From the NCBI GenBank assembly GCA_965200155.1, contig CBDATR010000001.1, positions 1 to 38,635 on the forward strand: 38,635 nt of DNA, given 5' to 3'. The notes below the pieces were generated by a model. The model saw nothing but the letters and a program-made list of their open reading frames with translations, made no database searches and was not told where the DNA came from. Below, in pieces: positions 18,841 to 30,154 of the stretch. The DNA is from Nitrosopumilaceae archaeon. GTDB taxonomy: Archaea; Thermoproteota; Nitrososphaeria; Nitrososphaerales; Nitrosopumilaceae. Within the stretch, counting starts at the first letter, position 1, and every line of letters starts with the position of its first letter. A program made the translations under genes and the position numbers.

Positions 18841-19302
18841 TCATACTTCGGCAGATATTTTCAGATAGTTGGCATCAACGGTGACAGGAAGCTGATATGC
18901 AGCATCTAGTAGTATAACGGTAGCCTCCTCCTTTTCACGATCTATTCTGGTTATAGTAGCCTTCATTCCCTTGAATGGTCCGCCAGTGATCTCTACAGTA
19001 TTCTCCACACTCAGTGTTGAAACCACGGATTTTTTCACCAAGTACCCTTCAATGTCTGAGAATGCAAGTTCACCGCGCAGTTGTCCACGGATGTGTCGGA
19101 CCCCATCAACTGCGTGATATACGTCATTGGAGTCCAGTGCCTCTATTACTACGTATCCTCTTAGGCCTTCCACTAATAATACTGCACGTATATTGGAAGT
19201 GCCAGATCGTAGCTTGGCCTCCAAGAGATTCATCACTTTCTTCTCCTGTCCCATATTGGTCTTTACTGCATACAGATGAGTGTCTTGGGATTCTTGAGTC
19301 AT
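18841..19302 (-). CDS. spt5: transcription elongation factor Spt5
   Basis: GQEKKV, LRGYVVIEA, KOW motif VEITGGPFKG. Confidence 0.96.
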   Translation of the reverse strand: MTQESQDTHLYAVKTNMGQEKKVMNLLEAKLRSGTSNIRAVLLVEGLRGYVVIEALDSNDVYHAVDGVRHIRGQLRGELAFSDIEGYLVKKSVVSTLSVENTVEITGGPFKGMKATITRIDREKEEATVILLDAAYQLPVTVDANYLKISAEV

Positions 19303-19303
19303 T

Positions 19304-19477
19304 CTATCTACCATATGTCGCAACAGCAAAGACAAACTGTATGATAAAACCTATGGTACCTATAGATGCAATACCCAAGAGAACTAGCCGCAAGTGCTGT
19401 TTGTATTCATCCTGATCGGGCTTCTTGGTGAGCTTTATGGTATTTATCATATTCTTCAACGTCTGCCGCGGATTCAT
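19304..19477 (-). CDS. secE: SecE/Sec61-gamma
   Basis: KKPDQDEY plus one TM helix with GTIGFII; immediately upstream of spt5. Confidence 0.93.
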   Translation of the reverse strand: MNPRQTLKNMINTIKLTKKPDQDEYKQHLRLVLLGIASIGTIGFIIQFVFAVATYGR

Positions 19478-19515
19478 TAGTTGGAATAAATAACCAGTCA
19501 ATATAATTTTGTCGT

Positions 19516-20289
19516 ATGGATCTGCTAGTGGCGTACGATGATGATCCGGCAGGCCTCAACATGGCAAAACACTTGGCTGTCAACATGTCGCAGAAGGACA
19601 AGGTGTACAAGGGTGATGCATATGACCTAGCCATTATATCTAGCCCGACCATATCTGCGGACTGGCTGGAATCTCAATTCAGGTATGACAGGTATGTATT
19701 TCTCTCCAGGCATTCGGCCGAATCCGGTCGACTGGCACTGACATGTCATTCAACAGGTAACTTTGCGGAAGCCCGCTTTGGAGGCAATCCAAGAGAGGTG
19801 GCCATACCATTCTCAGCACTACTTAAGAGGTATATGCAAAGACTATGGGCACGCCGGGACGGCCTAGCGAAGTTCCAGATAACACTGGAAGCCACACACC
19901 ACGGTCCCACCGCATTAAGCAAGCCGTGCATATTTGTTGAGATAGGTACGACACCAGACCAGTGGAACGACTACGCGTTATGCGGAACTGTGGCATCCAT
20001 ATTGCACGAAGCCATAACAGAGGATACAACATACCCCGCGGCCATTGGATTTGGCGGGACCCATTATCCCGCGGCGCATACCAATATGGTGATAAACGGC
20101 AAGTATACCCTGGGTACAATAATTCCCAAACACAGCCTAGAACACATAGATTCAGAATTATTGGAGCACGTACTAACCAGAAATCCCGATGCAGAGGCGG
20201 CACTACTGGACTGGGATGGAATGGGGGCGCATAAGCGGCGCATACTAGACATGCTGGAGAATACTGATCTGGAGGTGGTACGAATTTGA
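19516..20289 (+). CDS. dtdA: archaeal D-aminoacyl-tRNA deacylase
   Basis: FLSRH, LTCHSTGN, EATHHGPT, FVEIG, GFGGTHY. Confidence 0.93.
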   Translation: MDLLVAYDDDPAGLNMAKHLAVNMSQKDKVYKGDAYDLAIISSPTISADWLESQFRYDRYVFLSRHSAESGRLALTCHSTGNFAEARFGGNPREVAIPFSALLKRYMQRLWARRDGLAKFQITLEATHHGPTALSKPCIFVEIGTTPDQWNDYALCGTVASILHEAITEDTTYPAAIGFGGTHYPAAHTNMVINGKYTLGTIIPKHSLEHIDSELLEHVLTRNPDAEAALLDWDGMGAHKRRILDMLENTDLEVVRI

Positions 20290-20588
20290 GCAAGGCTGAA
20301 ACAGTGTACAGGAAATTGATGGAAGTACCACCGGGAAGCGTGGTCTCATACTCTGAATTGGCCCGAGCGGTGGGTATGGAGAATGGTCAGAGAGCGGTGG
20401 GTCGTATACTGAACCGTAATCCCTATCTGATTGCAGTTCCGTGCCACCGGGTCATAATGGCAGACGGGCGCCTGGGTGGCTATGTGGGCGGCTCTGAGGT
20501 AAAGGCGAATCTTTTAAGAAAAGAAGGCATAGTAGTGAAGGGCGATCGCGTGTGCGATATGGACAAGATAATGTACAGATTCCAGTGA
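20286..20588 (+). CDS. ogt: O6-methylguanine-DNA methyltransferase
   Basis: RAVG and PCHRV active site. Confidence 0.93.
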   Translation: MSKAETVYRKLMEVPPGSVVSYSELARAVGMENGQRAVGRILNRNPYLIAVPCHRVIMADGRLGGYVGGSEVKANLLRKEGIVVKGDRVCDMDKIMYRFQ

Positions 20589-20685
20589 CATACAGGACGA
20601 ATTAGGATGAAGAGTTCGGCTTGTATCGAAACCCGGACATGCCCAGAGATTAATGGTGCATACTGGAGAAAGGTGCATACACATG

Positions 20686-20777
20686 GTATGAGTTCACGTC
20701 TTCCGGAATCTTATGCACAAATCACATTAACTGTCGCGATCAGTTATGCGTAAATTTAGACACAGGTGAACTCATAC
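20686..20777 (+). mobile_element. MITE-A without TSD
   Basis: Full 92 bp; flanks tacacatg / cttgcatc differ. Confidence 0.95.
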
Positions 20778-20845
20778 CTTGCATCTGCTGATTTAGCCTG
20801 CCTGCCATCCCTGTCGTGATATTTTATGGAAAATCACCGCCAAGA

Positions 20846-20861
20846 CTTATGGTGACTGCTA
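20846..20861. repeat. MITE-C terminal repeat abutting tnpB copy B
   Basis: cttatggtgactgcta followed by TA. Confidence 0.7.
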
Positions 20862-20863
20862 TA

Positions 20864-21829
20864 CGAGGATCATTCTAATTACATACCACACCGGCTTGAC
20901 AATGACAGAATCATACCATCATGGGTAAGACCACCAATCCGTCGTGGTGAGTTCAAGTTGGGCCTGTGGGGTTTTGGTGTGGTGAGAACAACCAAACCAA
21001 TAGATCGTTCCCAGGGCATGCGCTCATTCAATATAGTTGAACGAGTAACCAATAGTAGGGAACGTCAATTCTAGATTCACATCAATATACGGGAGAAACC
21101 ACCTGCCGACCGGCGTTGTTCGCGGCGTGGATGTCGGCGGGAAACATCTAGCTGTAACAGCTGACACGAATGGCAGAACGATGATTCACAACATGAGACA
21201 TCGTTCCATATTGCGGGAGATTAGTGCACTCCAGAGTATTAGAACGCGAAAGGGTAAGCGCAGGAAGCGAAAGATTGAGAAACAAATCACTCAACTACGA
21301 CAAACATAGCGAGCGACTCCATGAATAGAGTAGTCCACGCGGTCACCAAAGGTGTGGACAAGGTGGTACTAGAGGATTTATCACCGAAAGCAGTGACCAG
21401 TCATGGCGGGAACCACAAAATAACAATGAACCGTTCCATGCGCGAGAATCGTGTCGGTGAGTTCCGCCGGAAAGCAGTACAAAAGTGCGAAGCACTGGGG
21501 ATTGAATTGGCATCTGTGCCAGCGAAATACACGAGGGGGCGGTTTACCCGCCCAACGAGCCAGACCTGTCATGTGTGTGGACACGTTGACGACAAATCAC
21601 GATCAACTAGGGACACTTTCAATATGTAACCAGGAATTTCACACCGATATCAACGCGGCGTTTAGTAACCGGTTTCCCTGTATGGGGCGGCAGAGCGTGT
21701 CGTCCGGGGGGCGGGGAACCGTTACCCGCCCAACCGGAGGCGTCATGGCGGGAATAATGGCGACAAGCCAAAGCCATGTACCATCCAGGAACGATGTGCC
21801 ATGTTCTCAAAGACTTATGGTGACCGCTA
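20864..21829 (+). mobile_element. tnpB: 5'-truncated tnpB element (copy B), pseudogene plus 3' end
   Basis: GVDVGGKH, VLEDL, TSQTCHVCGH, HTDINAA; collinear with copy A; ends cttatggtgaccgcta+TA. Confidence 0.85.
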
Positions 21830-21960
21830 TATTCAAGACTGCCAGTAGTGCAGCAGGACTTGCAAACAGGAAAATCGTCCCCATAACACGAACCACGGAG
21901 AGGCACGTTGTAAATTCTTCTAGAGATACTCTACATTTTTATTAATTTTAGAATGTTTTT

Positions 21961-23631
21961 ATGATCATGGGATCCCGCTTTTGTACCATACGACGCAATA
22001 TTGCAAGAACCCGGGACCTGATTATAGATGGTACGGCAGCGGCCGGTTCCGGTCACCCGGGCGGTTCGCTATCCATGGCCGAGATTCTGGGATGCCTCTT
22101 CTACAAACACATGAGGTACGACGCAAATAATCCACACTGGGAAGACAGAGACCGGCTCATACTGTCCAAGGGTCATGCATCACCCGGTCTTTACTCCAAC
22201 TTGGCGGTCTCAGGATTCATAGATGCGCAAGAGATCACAACCTTGCGGAGTCTGGGCAGCAGGCTACAGGGTCATCCTGATCTCAAATGCCCCGGCGTGG
22301 AATTCTGTGGCGGTTCGCTGGGAACAGGACTGTCATATTCGTTGGGGATAAGTCTGGCCATGAGACTTGATGGACGTGCATCCCGCGTATTTGTCATAAT
22401 CGGCGATGGTGAGTGTGATGAGGGGCAGATTTGGGAGGCCACCATGTCGGCTTCCAAGTTTGGCCTGGACAACCTCACAGTAATACTTGATCGTAATTAC
22501 GTCCAACAGGACTCATATACAGAAAATGTGATGCCACTGGATACTATATCCAGTGACAAGATGGTATCGGCCCGTACGGATACAGATTCCTGGAGGACAG
22601 GCCACAAGTGGCGTGCATTTGGATGGAATGTAATAGAGGTTGACGGTCACCGTATAGAGCAGGTTGACCGGGCGCTATCCCAAGCCGCAGAGCACCGGGG
22701 CGCGCCCACCATCATAATCGCCCGTACTGTAAAGGGCAGGGGAGTAGAGCACATGGAAGATAACCCGCAATGGCACGGCAAGGCACCCTCAAAGGATTTG
22801 GTGCCGATCATACATGCAGAGCTACGATCACAGACAGCCCTGGCCCCATCAATAATAGCGGGAGACATGACCCGCCTGGACCGGGAAGTGAGCAGATGCG
22901 ATACAGCAGGGGCCGACTATATACACCTGGATGTAATGGACGGCGTATTTGTCCCCAACCATACCTTTGATCATACCAAGGTACGGGAGCTGCGAGCCCT
23001 GACACATATACCTTTTGATACGCATCTTATGATAACTGATCCGGCTCACCAGGTATCCAAGTATGCAGAGGCAGGAAGCGATATCATAACAGTACACGCG
23101 GAGGCATGTACTCCGTCAGAGTTCGGCGAGATTCACGACTACCTAAAAAGTAATGATGTGGGTGCAGGCATCGCCATCAACCCCGGAACCGATGTGCCCT
23201 CCTGGATTACGCCCTTCATACCTACTCTGGACCAAGTCATAGTGATGTCCGTGGTGCCGGGAAAATCGGGACAAAAGTATATGCCAGAGGCACACAAAAA
23301 GACACAAAACATATCCGCATTGCTACAGGAAGGGGGCTTTGGAGGTGTGATAGAGGCAGACGGCGGGGTCAACATGGAGAATATTGGACAGTGTTTCAAT
23401 GACGGATGTCGGGCCTTTGTAGGAGGCAGTTCCATGGTAGGGCAGGCTGACATGGCAGAGGCCATGGGCGACATGCGCCTTGCCTTGCGTGATGCGCGCA
23501 GGCGGCATCTCATACAGGAAGCGTACAGCAGAGGCGGATCCCCGCTGGTGACACAATGGGCCCAACTGCACACCATAAACTCCACATTCGAGACAATACT
23601 GGATATGGCCAAGGAGGCCGGTTTGGCATGA
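21961..23631 (+). CDS. transketolase N-terminal subunit fused to ribulose-phosphate 3-epimerase
   Basis: SGHPGGS, LSKGH, GDGECDEG, then APSI, HLDVMDG.FVPN, DTHLM, EADGG. Confidence 0.93.
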   Translation: MIMGSRFCTIRRNIARTRDLIIDGTAAAGSGHPGGSLSMAEILGCLFYKHMRYDANNPHWEDRDRLILSKGHASPGLYSNLAVSGFIDAQEITTLRSLGSRLQGHPDLKCPGVEFCGGSLGTGLSYSLGISLAMRLDGRASRVFVIIGDGECDEGQIWEATMSASKFGLDNLTVILDRNYVQQDSYTENVMPLDTISSDKMVSARTDTDSWRTGHKWRAFGWNVIEVDGHRIEQVDRALSQAAEHRGAPTIIIARTVKGRGVEHMEDNPQWHGKAPSKDLVPIIHAELRSQTALAPSIIAGDMTRLDREVSRCDTAGADYIHLDVMDGVFVPNHTFDHTKVRELRALTHIPFDTHLMITDPAHQVSKYAEAGSDIITVHAEACTPSEFGEIHDYLKSNDVGAGIAINPGTDVPSWITPFIPTLDQVIVMSVVPGKSGQKYMPEAHKKTQNISALLQEGGFGGVIEADGGVNMENIGQCFNDGCRAFVGGSSMVGQADMAEAMGDMRLALRDARRRHLIQEAYSRGGSPLVTQWAQLHTINSTFETILDMAKEAGLA

Positions 23632-24590
23632 TGGGCGATATGAGAACCGGGTACGGCAAGGCCTTGGTGGAGATAGGGCACAAAAACCCCGACGTGGTAG
23701 TGCTGGGGGCAGACACGACCGACTCTCTCAAGACCGCCGCTTTCGGGAAGGAATTCCCGAACAGGTTATTCAATGTGGGAATAGCCGAGGCCAATATGGT
23801 TTCTATGGCTGCAGGCCTGGCATACTCTGGCAAAATACCCTTTGCCAGTACATATGCCATATTCTTGCCCGGCAGGGCAGTGGACCAGATACGCAACAAT
23901 ATAGCCTATCCCACAAGAGACGGACGGGAAGGTCTGAATGTGAAGCTGGTGGCATCCCACGGTGGACTTTCTGTGGGTCCGGATGGCGGATCCCACCAGC
24001 AGTTGGAAGACATTGCCATAATGCGCGCCATTCCCAACTTTACGGTTCTGGTTCCGGCCGATGCAATCGCAGTGCACAATCTCACAGTAATGATGGCAGA
24101 TGCGCATGGACCATTTTACATGCGCATGGCCCGCTCAAAGACAGTTACAGTTCACGACGAATCCGCGGAGATGATTCCGGGAAAGGCAATAACAATGAGA
24201 GATGGTTCGGACTGTACGCTGGCAGCATGCGGCATAACCCTGCACATGGCAATGGAGGCCGCAGATATACTGCACCGCGAGGACATATCATGTCGCGTAC
24301 TGGATATGTTCTGTGTAAAGCCCGTGGACGCATCAGCCTTAGAGGATGCCGCCAGGGATACTGGGGGAATAGTTACATGCGAGGAGCACAACATACTGGG
24401 AGGTATGGGATCCGCCGTAGCGGAGGCGGTATCTGAGACATATCCTGTACCAGTACACCGCCTGGGCGCGCAGGACAGTTTTGGTGAATCGGCCAGGGAC
24501 AACCAGATTCAGGATCTATTGAAAATGCACGGCATCTCACCCATTAATATAGCGGAGCGTGTGCGGAACCTTCGGAGGTCCATGAGATGA
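23628..24590 (+). CDS. transketolase C-terminal subunit
   Basis: NVGIAEANM, GPDGGSHQ, EEHNILGG; ATGA overlap with the upstream gene. Confidence 0.94.
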   Translation: MMGDMRTGYGKALVEIGHKNPDVVVLGADTTDSLKTAAFGKEFPNRLFNVGIAEANMVSMAAGLAYSGKIPFASTYAIFLPGRAVDQIRNNIAYPTRDGREGLNVKLVASHGGLSVGPDGGSHQQLEDIAIMRAIPNFTVLVPADAIAVHNLTVMMADAHGPFYMRMARSKTVTVHDESAEMIPGKAITMRDGSDCTLAACGITLHMAMEAADILHREDISCRVLDMFCVKPVDASALEDAARDTGGIVTCEEHNILGGMGSAVAEAVSETYPVPVHRLGAQDSFGESARDNQIQDLLKMHGISPINIAERVRNLRRSMR

Positions 24591-25228
24591 AAATATTCCT
24601 AGATACGGCAAACCTGAACGATATACGACGGTTCAACGAGATGGGGTTGCTGGACGGAATAACCACAAATCCAACCCTAATGTCCAGGGAGAGTGACAGT
24701 CCGGATTCTATCATGAAGGAGATAGTGTCCATCATAGACGGGCCGGTAAGCCTGGAGGTAATAGGCACCAAATACGACACTATGATTCAGGAGGGGCACA
24801 AACTGTGCCAGTATGGCAAAAATGTGGTTGTGAAAGTTCCCATGACCGCGGACGGCCTGCGCGCCTGTAGATCACTTTCGCAAGAGGACATACCGGTCAA
24901 CGTGACGCTGGTATTTTCGCCCAACCAGGCAACACTGGCTGCCAAGGCCGGAGCCACTTTTGTAAGTCCGTTCATAGGAAGGCTGGACGACATAGGACAT
25001 GACGGAATGGGCCTCGTTAGGACAATACTGGAAATATTCAGACAGTATACATATGACACCCAAGTGTTGGTTGCAAGTGTCAGGCACCCGCTACACGTGG
25101 TAGAGGCTGCGCGCCTGGGCGCAGATGCAGTGACCCTTCCCCCCAAAGTTCTGGACAAGATGCTTGGTCACCCCCTAACAGATATTGGACTTAGCAGCTT
25201 CTTGGAAGACTGGAAGAAGATTGGCTGA
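24587..25228 (+). other. tal: transaldolase (FSA/TalC type)
   Basis: FLDTA, GITTNP, VVKVP, NVTLVFS, SPFIGR. Confidence 0.95.
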
Positions 25229-25245
25229 TCACACGCATCATGGCG

Positions 25246-25337
25246 GTATGAGTTCACCTGTGTCTAAATTTACGCATAACTGATCGCGACAGTTAATGTG
25301 ATTTGTGCACAAGATTCCGGAAGACGTGAACTCATAC
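25246..25337 (-). mobile_element. MITE-A
   Basis: TSD tcatggcg; 17 bp after the tal stop codon. Confidence 0.96.
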
Positions 25338-25413
25338 TCATGGCGGGCTCTTGCGTAAATTTAGGAACATGTGAGCCCCGACATTTTAAAAACGATAAGA
25401 AAAATTAGTATAT

Positions 25414-26256
25414 CTAGTTCAGATTCAGCGGAACCTGTAGACTTCCAAAAGACTCGTTGATACGGAAGTGGTACTCCTTTGCAGAGTCATACACAAAGGT
25501 GGTTCCACCATAACCGATATTGGGACCAAACATGATCATGAATTCCCGATGATCTTCAGGCGGTATGGTTATACTTCCGCTGGTAAAGTCCGTGGCGGCA
25601 TACTTGTACACGTTGCTACCATCGGTAACATCATAGTTACAGACTGCCGGTCCGGAGCATACAAGTGTGACATTGTCAGTGCCACCATTATAGACAAGCA
25701 TGCGTATGGTCAGTAACGGCTGGCCCGCGGCGGTTATCTCCAGATCTGATCCCGGAAAGTAGTACGTAACAGGTCCTACATCATATTGTACAGAATTCCG
25801 TTCATACTCCAGGAAGGTCATCTGCTTCTCCACGGCATCCTCACAGTCAAGTCTCATGTACGCCTTGGTGTACTCAGAGCATGCAAGAAGCTGCGCCTCA
25901 AGTTCCGCCATTTGGGAATCCTGCTGACCGACCGATATTATGCCGGAGTTTACAAGATACTGTATGGCGCCGACAAATTCTGCATCACTGGTTAGACCCT
26001 CGGCCCACCATGCAGCAGTACTCTGTATCCAGTCCGGAATGCCCTCAGATGTCTCCACCGCCGGTTCCGTACTTTGTACCGTTATCACACCTTCCGCTAC
26101 AAGATACTGTATGGCGCCGACAAATTCTGCATCACTGGTTAGACCCTCGGCCCACCATGCAGCAGTACTCTGTATCCAGTCCGGAACTGATTCGGCATGA
26201 GCAGATGATGCGGCAATCGCCACCAGCAACACAACCGATGTTATCACAATTTTCAT
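25414..26256 (-). CDS. secreted/surface protein with two thaumarchaeal PDWI..A.WWAEG..SD.EF domains
   Basis: Signal peptide MKIVITSVVLLVAIAASSAHA; duplicated domain. Confidence 0.85.
   Translation of the reverse strand: MKIVITSVVLLVAIAASSAHAESVPDWIQSTAAWWAEGLTSDAEFVGAIQYLVAEGVITVQSTEPAVETSEGIPDWIQSTAAWWAEGLTSDAEFVGAIQYLVNSGIISVGQQDSQMAELEAQLLACSEYTKAYMRLDCEDAVEKQMTFLEYERNSVQYDVGPVTYYFPGSDLEITAAGQPLLTIRMLVYNGGTDNVTLVCSGPAVCNYDVTDGSNVYKYAATDFTSGSITIPPEDHREFMIMFGPNIGYGGTTFVYDSAKEYHFRINESFGSLQVPLNLN
25951..26186. repeat. two identical 89-bp intragenic repeats, period 147 bp
   Basis: 25951-26039 equals 26098-26186. Confidence 0.95.
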
Positions 26257-26486
26257 GATAACACAAGGTGTATTATTACATATAAGGCAGGAGATGGGTT
26301 TTTCCATGGTGCCAACTTTGTACATAGTGCCAACAAAGTCCCGCATAATTGCAGGGGACGTAACCACCTAGGCCACTCCCGGCATGGTTCTACTTCCTAG
26401 CCAGAACCTAGACTGACATATTTTGAGACCGAACAGTCAGCAGTAATGACCCCAACAAACTGATACACAGACTTGGCTGCTGGTTT

Positions 26487-26578
26487 GTATGAGTTCACCT
26501 GTGTCTAAATTTACGCACAACTGATCGCTACAGTTAATGTGATTTGTGCATAAGATTCCGGAAGACGTGAACTCGTAC
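26487..26578 (-). mobile_element. MITE-A
   Basis: TSD gctggttt; two private substitutions. Confidence 0.96.
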
Positions 26579-26610
26579 GCTGGTTTTTGTGTGACATGAA
26601 CGGTTACAGG

Positions 26611-26919
26611 TTAGTCGCGTACATCTATGTAGATACCATCGTCACGGACATCCACCGGGTAGGTCTCCAGTTTGACCCCCTTGAGATAGTCCACTAGCAC
26701 ACCGGTCTTGATGTTGTAGTGCCAAAAGTGCAGGGGACACTCAACAATATCTCCGTCCAGTTTTCCCGGGGCTAGGGAACCATCCTGGTGTACGCATATG
26801 TCATCCATAGCATGGTAGCCATCCTGATTGAATACTGCAATCTTTTTGCCGTCAAGCTCAAAGGCCCGGCCTTTGCCCACCGCAACATCGTTCTTCCCCG
26901 CTATCCTCTTCCATGCCAT
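26611..26919 (-). CDS. Rieske 2Fe-2S ferredoxin
   Basis: CVH...CPLH motifs. Confidence 0.93.
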   Translation of the reverse strand: MAWKRIAGKNDVAVGKGRAFELDGKKIAVFNQDGYHAMDDICVHQDGSLAPGKLDGDIVECPLHFWHYNIKTGVLVDYLKGVKLETYPVDVRDDGIYIDVRD

Positions 26920-26970
26920 GTAGTGAAAGTGTAGTGATGAGCCGTATTAAATTTTAGGAGATCAATTGTT

Positions 26971-27115
26971 GTAGCCGTTTAGGTCGCACAGAAGATTACA
27001 AGTTCCGGCGCGAGATTCCCAGGATCAATGTGGTGACACCGGTCAGCATCCAAGTACTGGCTGCCTAGAATTGGAAGTCACAGAGATGTATGACGGGAGT
27101 GGCCCAAACGATTGC
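26971..27115. mobile_element. MITE-B-like element
   Basis: gtagccgtttaggtcgc / gtggcccaaacgattgc ends; flanks tcaattgtt / ccaatggtt. Confidence 0.55.
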
Positions 27116-27156
27116 CCAATGGTTGATACAAATTAGGCACCAGACTCGCTAATTTA

Positions 27157-28336
27157 GAGTTTGTTGCATAACTGACTTTGACAGAATACAGGTTCCCTAC
27201 GTCGTAATCTACGTTGCTGCCGCGTCCACCCACTCGTTGTACTCGTATGTTATCCCATTTCCGTGCCATCAATCCGTGCCCGAATAATCGTTTGAACGGG
27301 AACCAGCTCTATGATTATCTAGATTACCCATCGCCTGTTGTACCCTTTTGTCGCCTTCCAGTACTGCTTGTTTTCGACCTTTTCCTCATCAGAAAGGCGG
27401 AAAATGGGCGATTCCGGGCTTCCTCCAAGACTGCAAGTCCCCATGAGTCGCCTCTCCTTTGGTGGAATTTAGCTGAAGTGGAATGGTTGTCCGGATTCGA
27501 TTATCACTGCACAATTTCATGTTATCCCTGGACGCGTATGCTCTATCTGCAAGCAACTCGAGGTTGCATGCGCGCTTGTCATCATTATTCGGTAAGAGGG
27601 ACACACCGTTAGTCAGCACCTTTCCGGGTGGTGACTTATCTGTTGGTCCTGCCAGAGATGACAACTGTTGCAATGGGTCCGGAACTTTCCAATTCCAGGG
27701 TGTGCTCCCTTTCCTGTTGTGGCTCTTCTGCATATGAGCCCAGTACTGCATTGTTTAACATGCGTGTATCCCCAACCCACTCGCCGGTAACCATAAATGC
27801 ATATGCTCTCCCAGTCCGCGAGCACTGATGAATCCGCGCCTCTTTTTCCATTTGCCCTAATCCACTCACCGCGATTCAAGGCCGGTCGAGTCAACAATCA
27901 TGGTTCTAGTCAGCTTTTTGTCTGTGCCGACGATCATGTCATTCCCCTTGTTAATGTCAAGATCTTTTCCGCGTCTGTAGTGGAGTAGTGCGGGGTTTGA
28001 TGCCTTCCAGTAGTCCTGCAAGGAATACGGATACCTGCCTGTATCTCATACCTAATGCCGTTCTCAGTGTCATGTAACATGCACACGACATACTGGTAGG
28101 GGGCACCCTCCTTGTTATGGTTAGCCTCTTCAATCCCATGCATGGTTAAAGCCAAATAGCATTCCGCTGGACGTACTTGGCATTGTCGGTGAATACCATC
28201 AAGTTTGTTTAAAAAATCTCAGCTATTAATGCTTGGATCCAATCTAGTAATCACTATGACAGAATAAATAAAAATACTCAAACCGTTTCTCACATACATT
28301 TTTAATCTAACTTGTTTGGAGTTATGTAACAAACTA
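27157..28336 (-). mobile_element. IS5-family (IS903-like) element with frameshifted transposase, copy 2
   Basis: Collinear with 2735-3912; perfect 8-bp TSD ctaattta. Confidence 0.92.
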
Positions 28337-28380
28337 CTAATTTACAAACTTATTTATAATAGATCTGCCTAGAAATACGC

Positions 28381-28752
28381 ATGGCTTTAGCCATATCGTA
28401 CATACTAGTAGCAATTGGTATTGCAATGTTGCTCATCTATTACGCGGATACACAGGTCGGCGGCGGAGCCGGTGGTGATGGATTTATTCCGCTGGACAGC
28501 ATGGCCAGAGGCATTGGCTTTGGTACGCCACCCATAATACTGGCCGTTGCAGCCTACTTCATATCGCGCAAGGAACCGTCCATGCCCCTAGGTGGACTCA
28601 TAACCGCGATAGGTTTGATGATAGTCGTAGGAGGAGTAATGTCCGTATCCGCAGCAGAGCCCGAGTCAGGCATGAGTAGTGGCGGCGGCCTATTGGCAGT
28701 GGGAGCAGCAATTCTGGCGTTGGGCATATTCAAGATAATAAGGTCACGCTAG
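28381..28752 (+). CDS. hypothetical membrane protein with about 4 TM helices
   Basis: Hydrophobic segments; TATA-like tttataa about 25-30 bp upstream. Confidence 0.8.
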   Translation: MALAISYILVAIGIAMLLIYYADTQVGGGAGGDGFIPLDSMARGIGFGTPPIILAVAAYFISRKEPSMPLGGLITAIGLMIVVGGVMSVSAAEPESGMSSGGGLLAVGAAILALGIFKIIRSR

Positions 28753-28873
28753 GAATGCCCACCTGCTTTCGGTGTGGCAATCGCATAGACAAGGCATATG
28801 ACTGCGAGCATACAGAATTCAAGAGTTGTTGTCGCATATGCTATCAGGATATACATTATGAAATGACAGAGTC

Positions 28874-30034
<1,161 letters not shown>

Positions 30035-30074
30035 CTATATTGAAGCATCGACATGGGCTGACCGCGCTCCACGG

Positions 30075-30154
30075 ATATTAGTTCACTTCTTGATCGCGCG
30101 CTCAAGTCATACCGGTTGTGACCATCTGTCGTGCAAGCACAGATGAACTCATAC
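30075..30154. mobile_element. 80-bp diverged MITE with MITE-A-type ends
   Basis: atattagttcac ... atgaactcatac; TSD ctccacgg / ctccatgg. Confidence 0.7.

Noticed and set aside
21826-21836. TTCAA after tnpB copy B as an IS605-type right-end cleavage site
   Set aside because: Copy A and the other ends lack it and homology stops at gctata. Not formally excluded.
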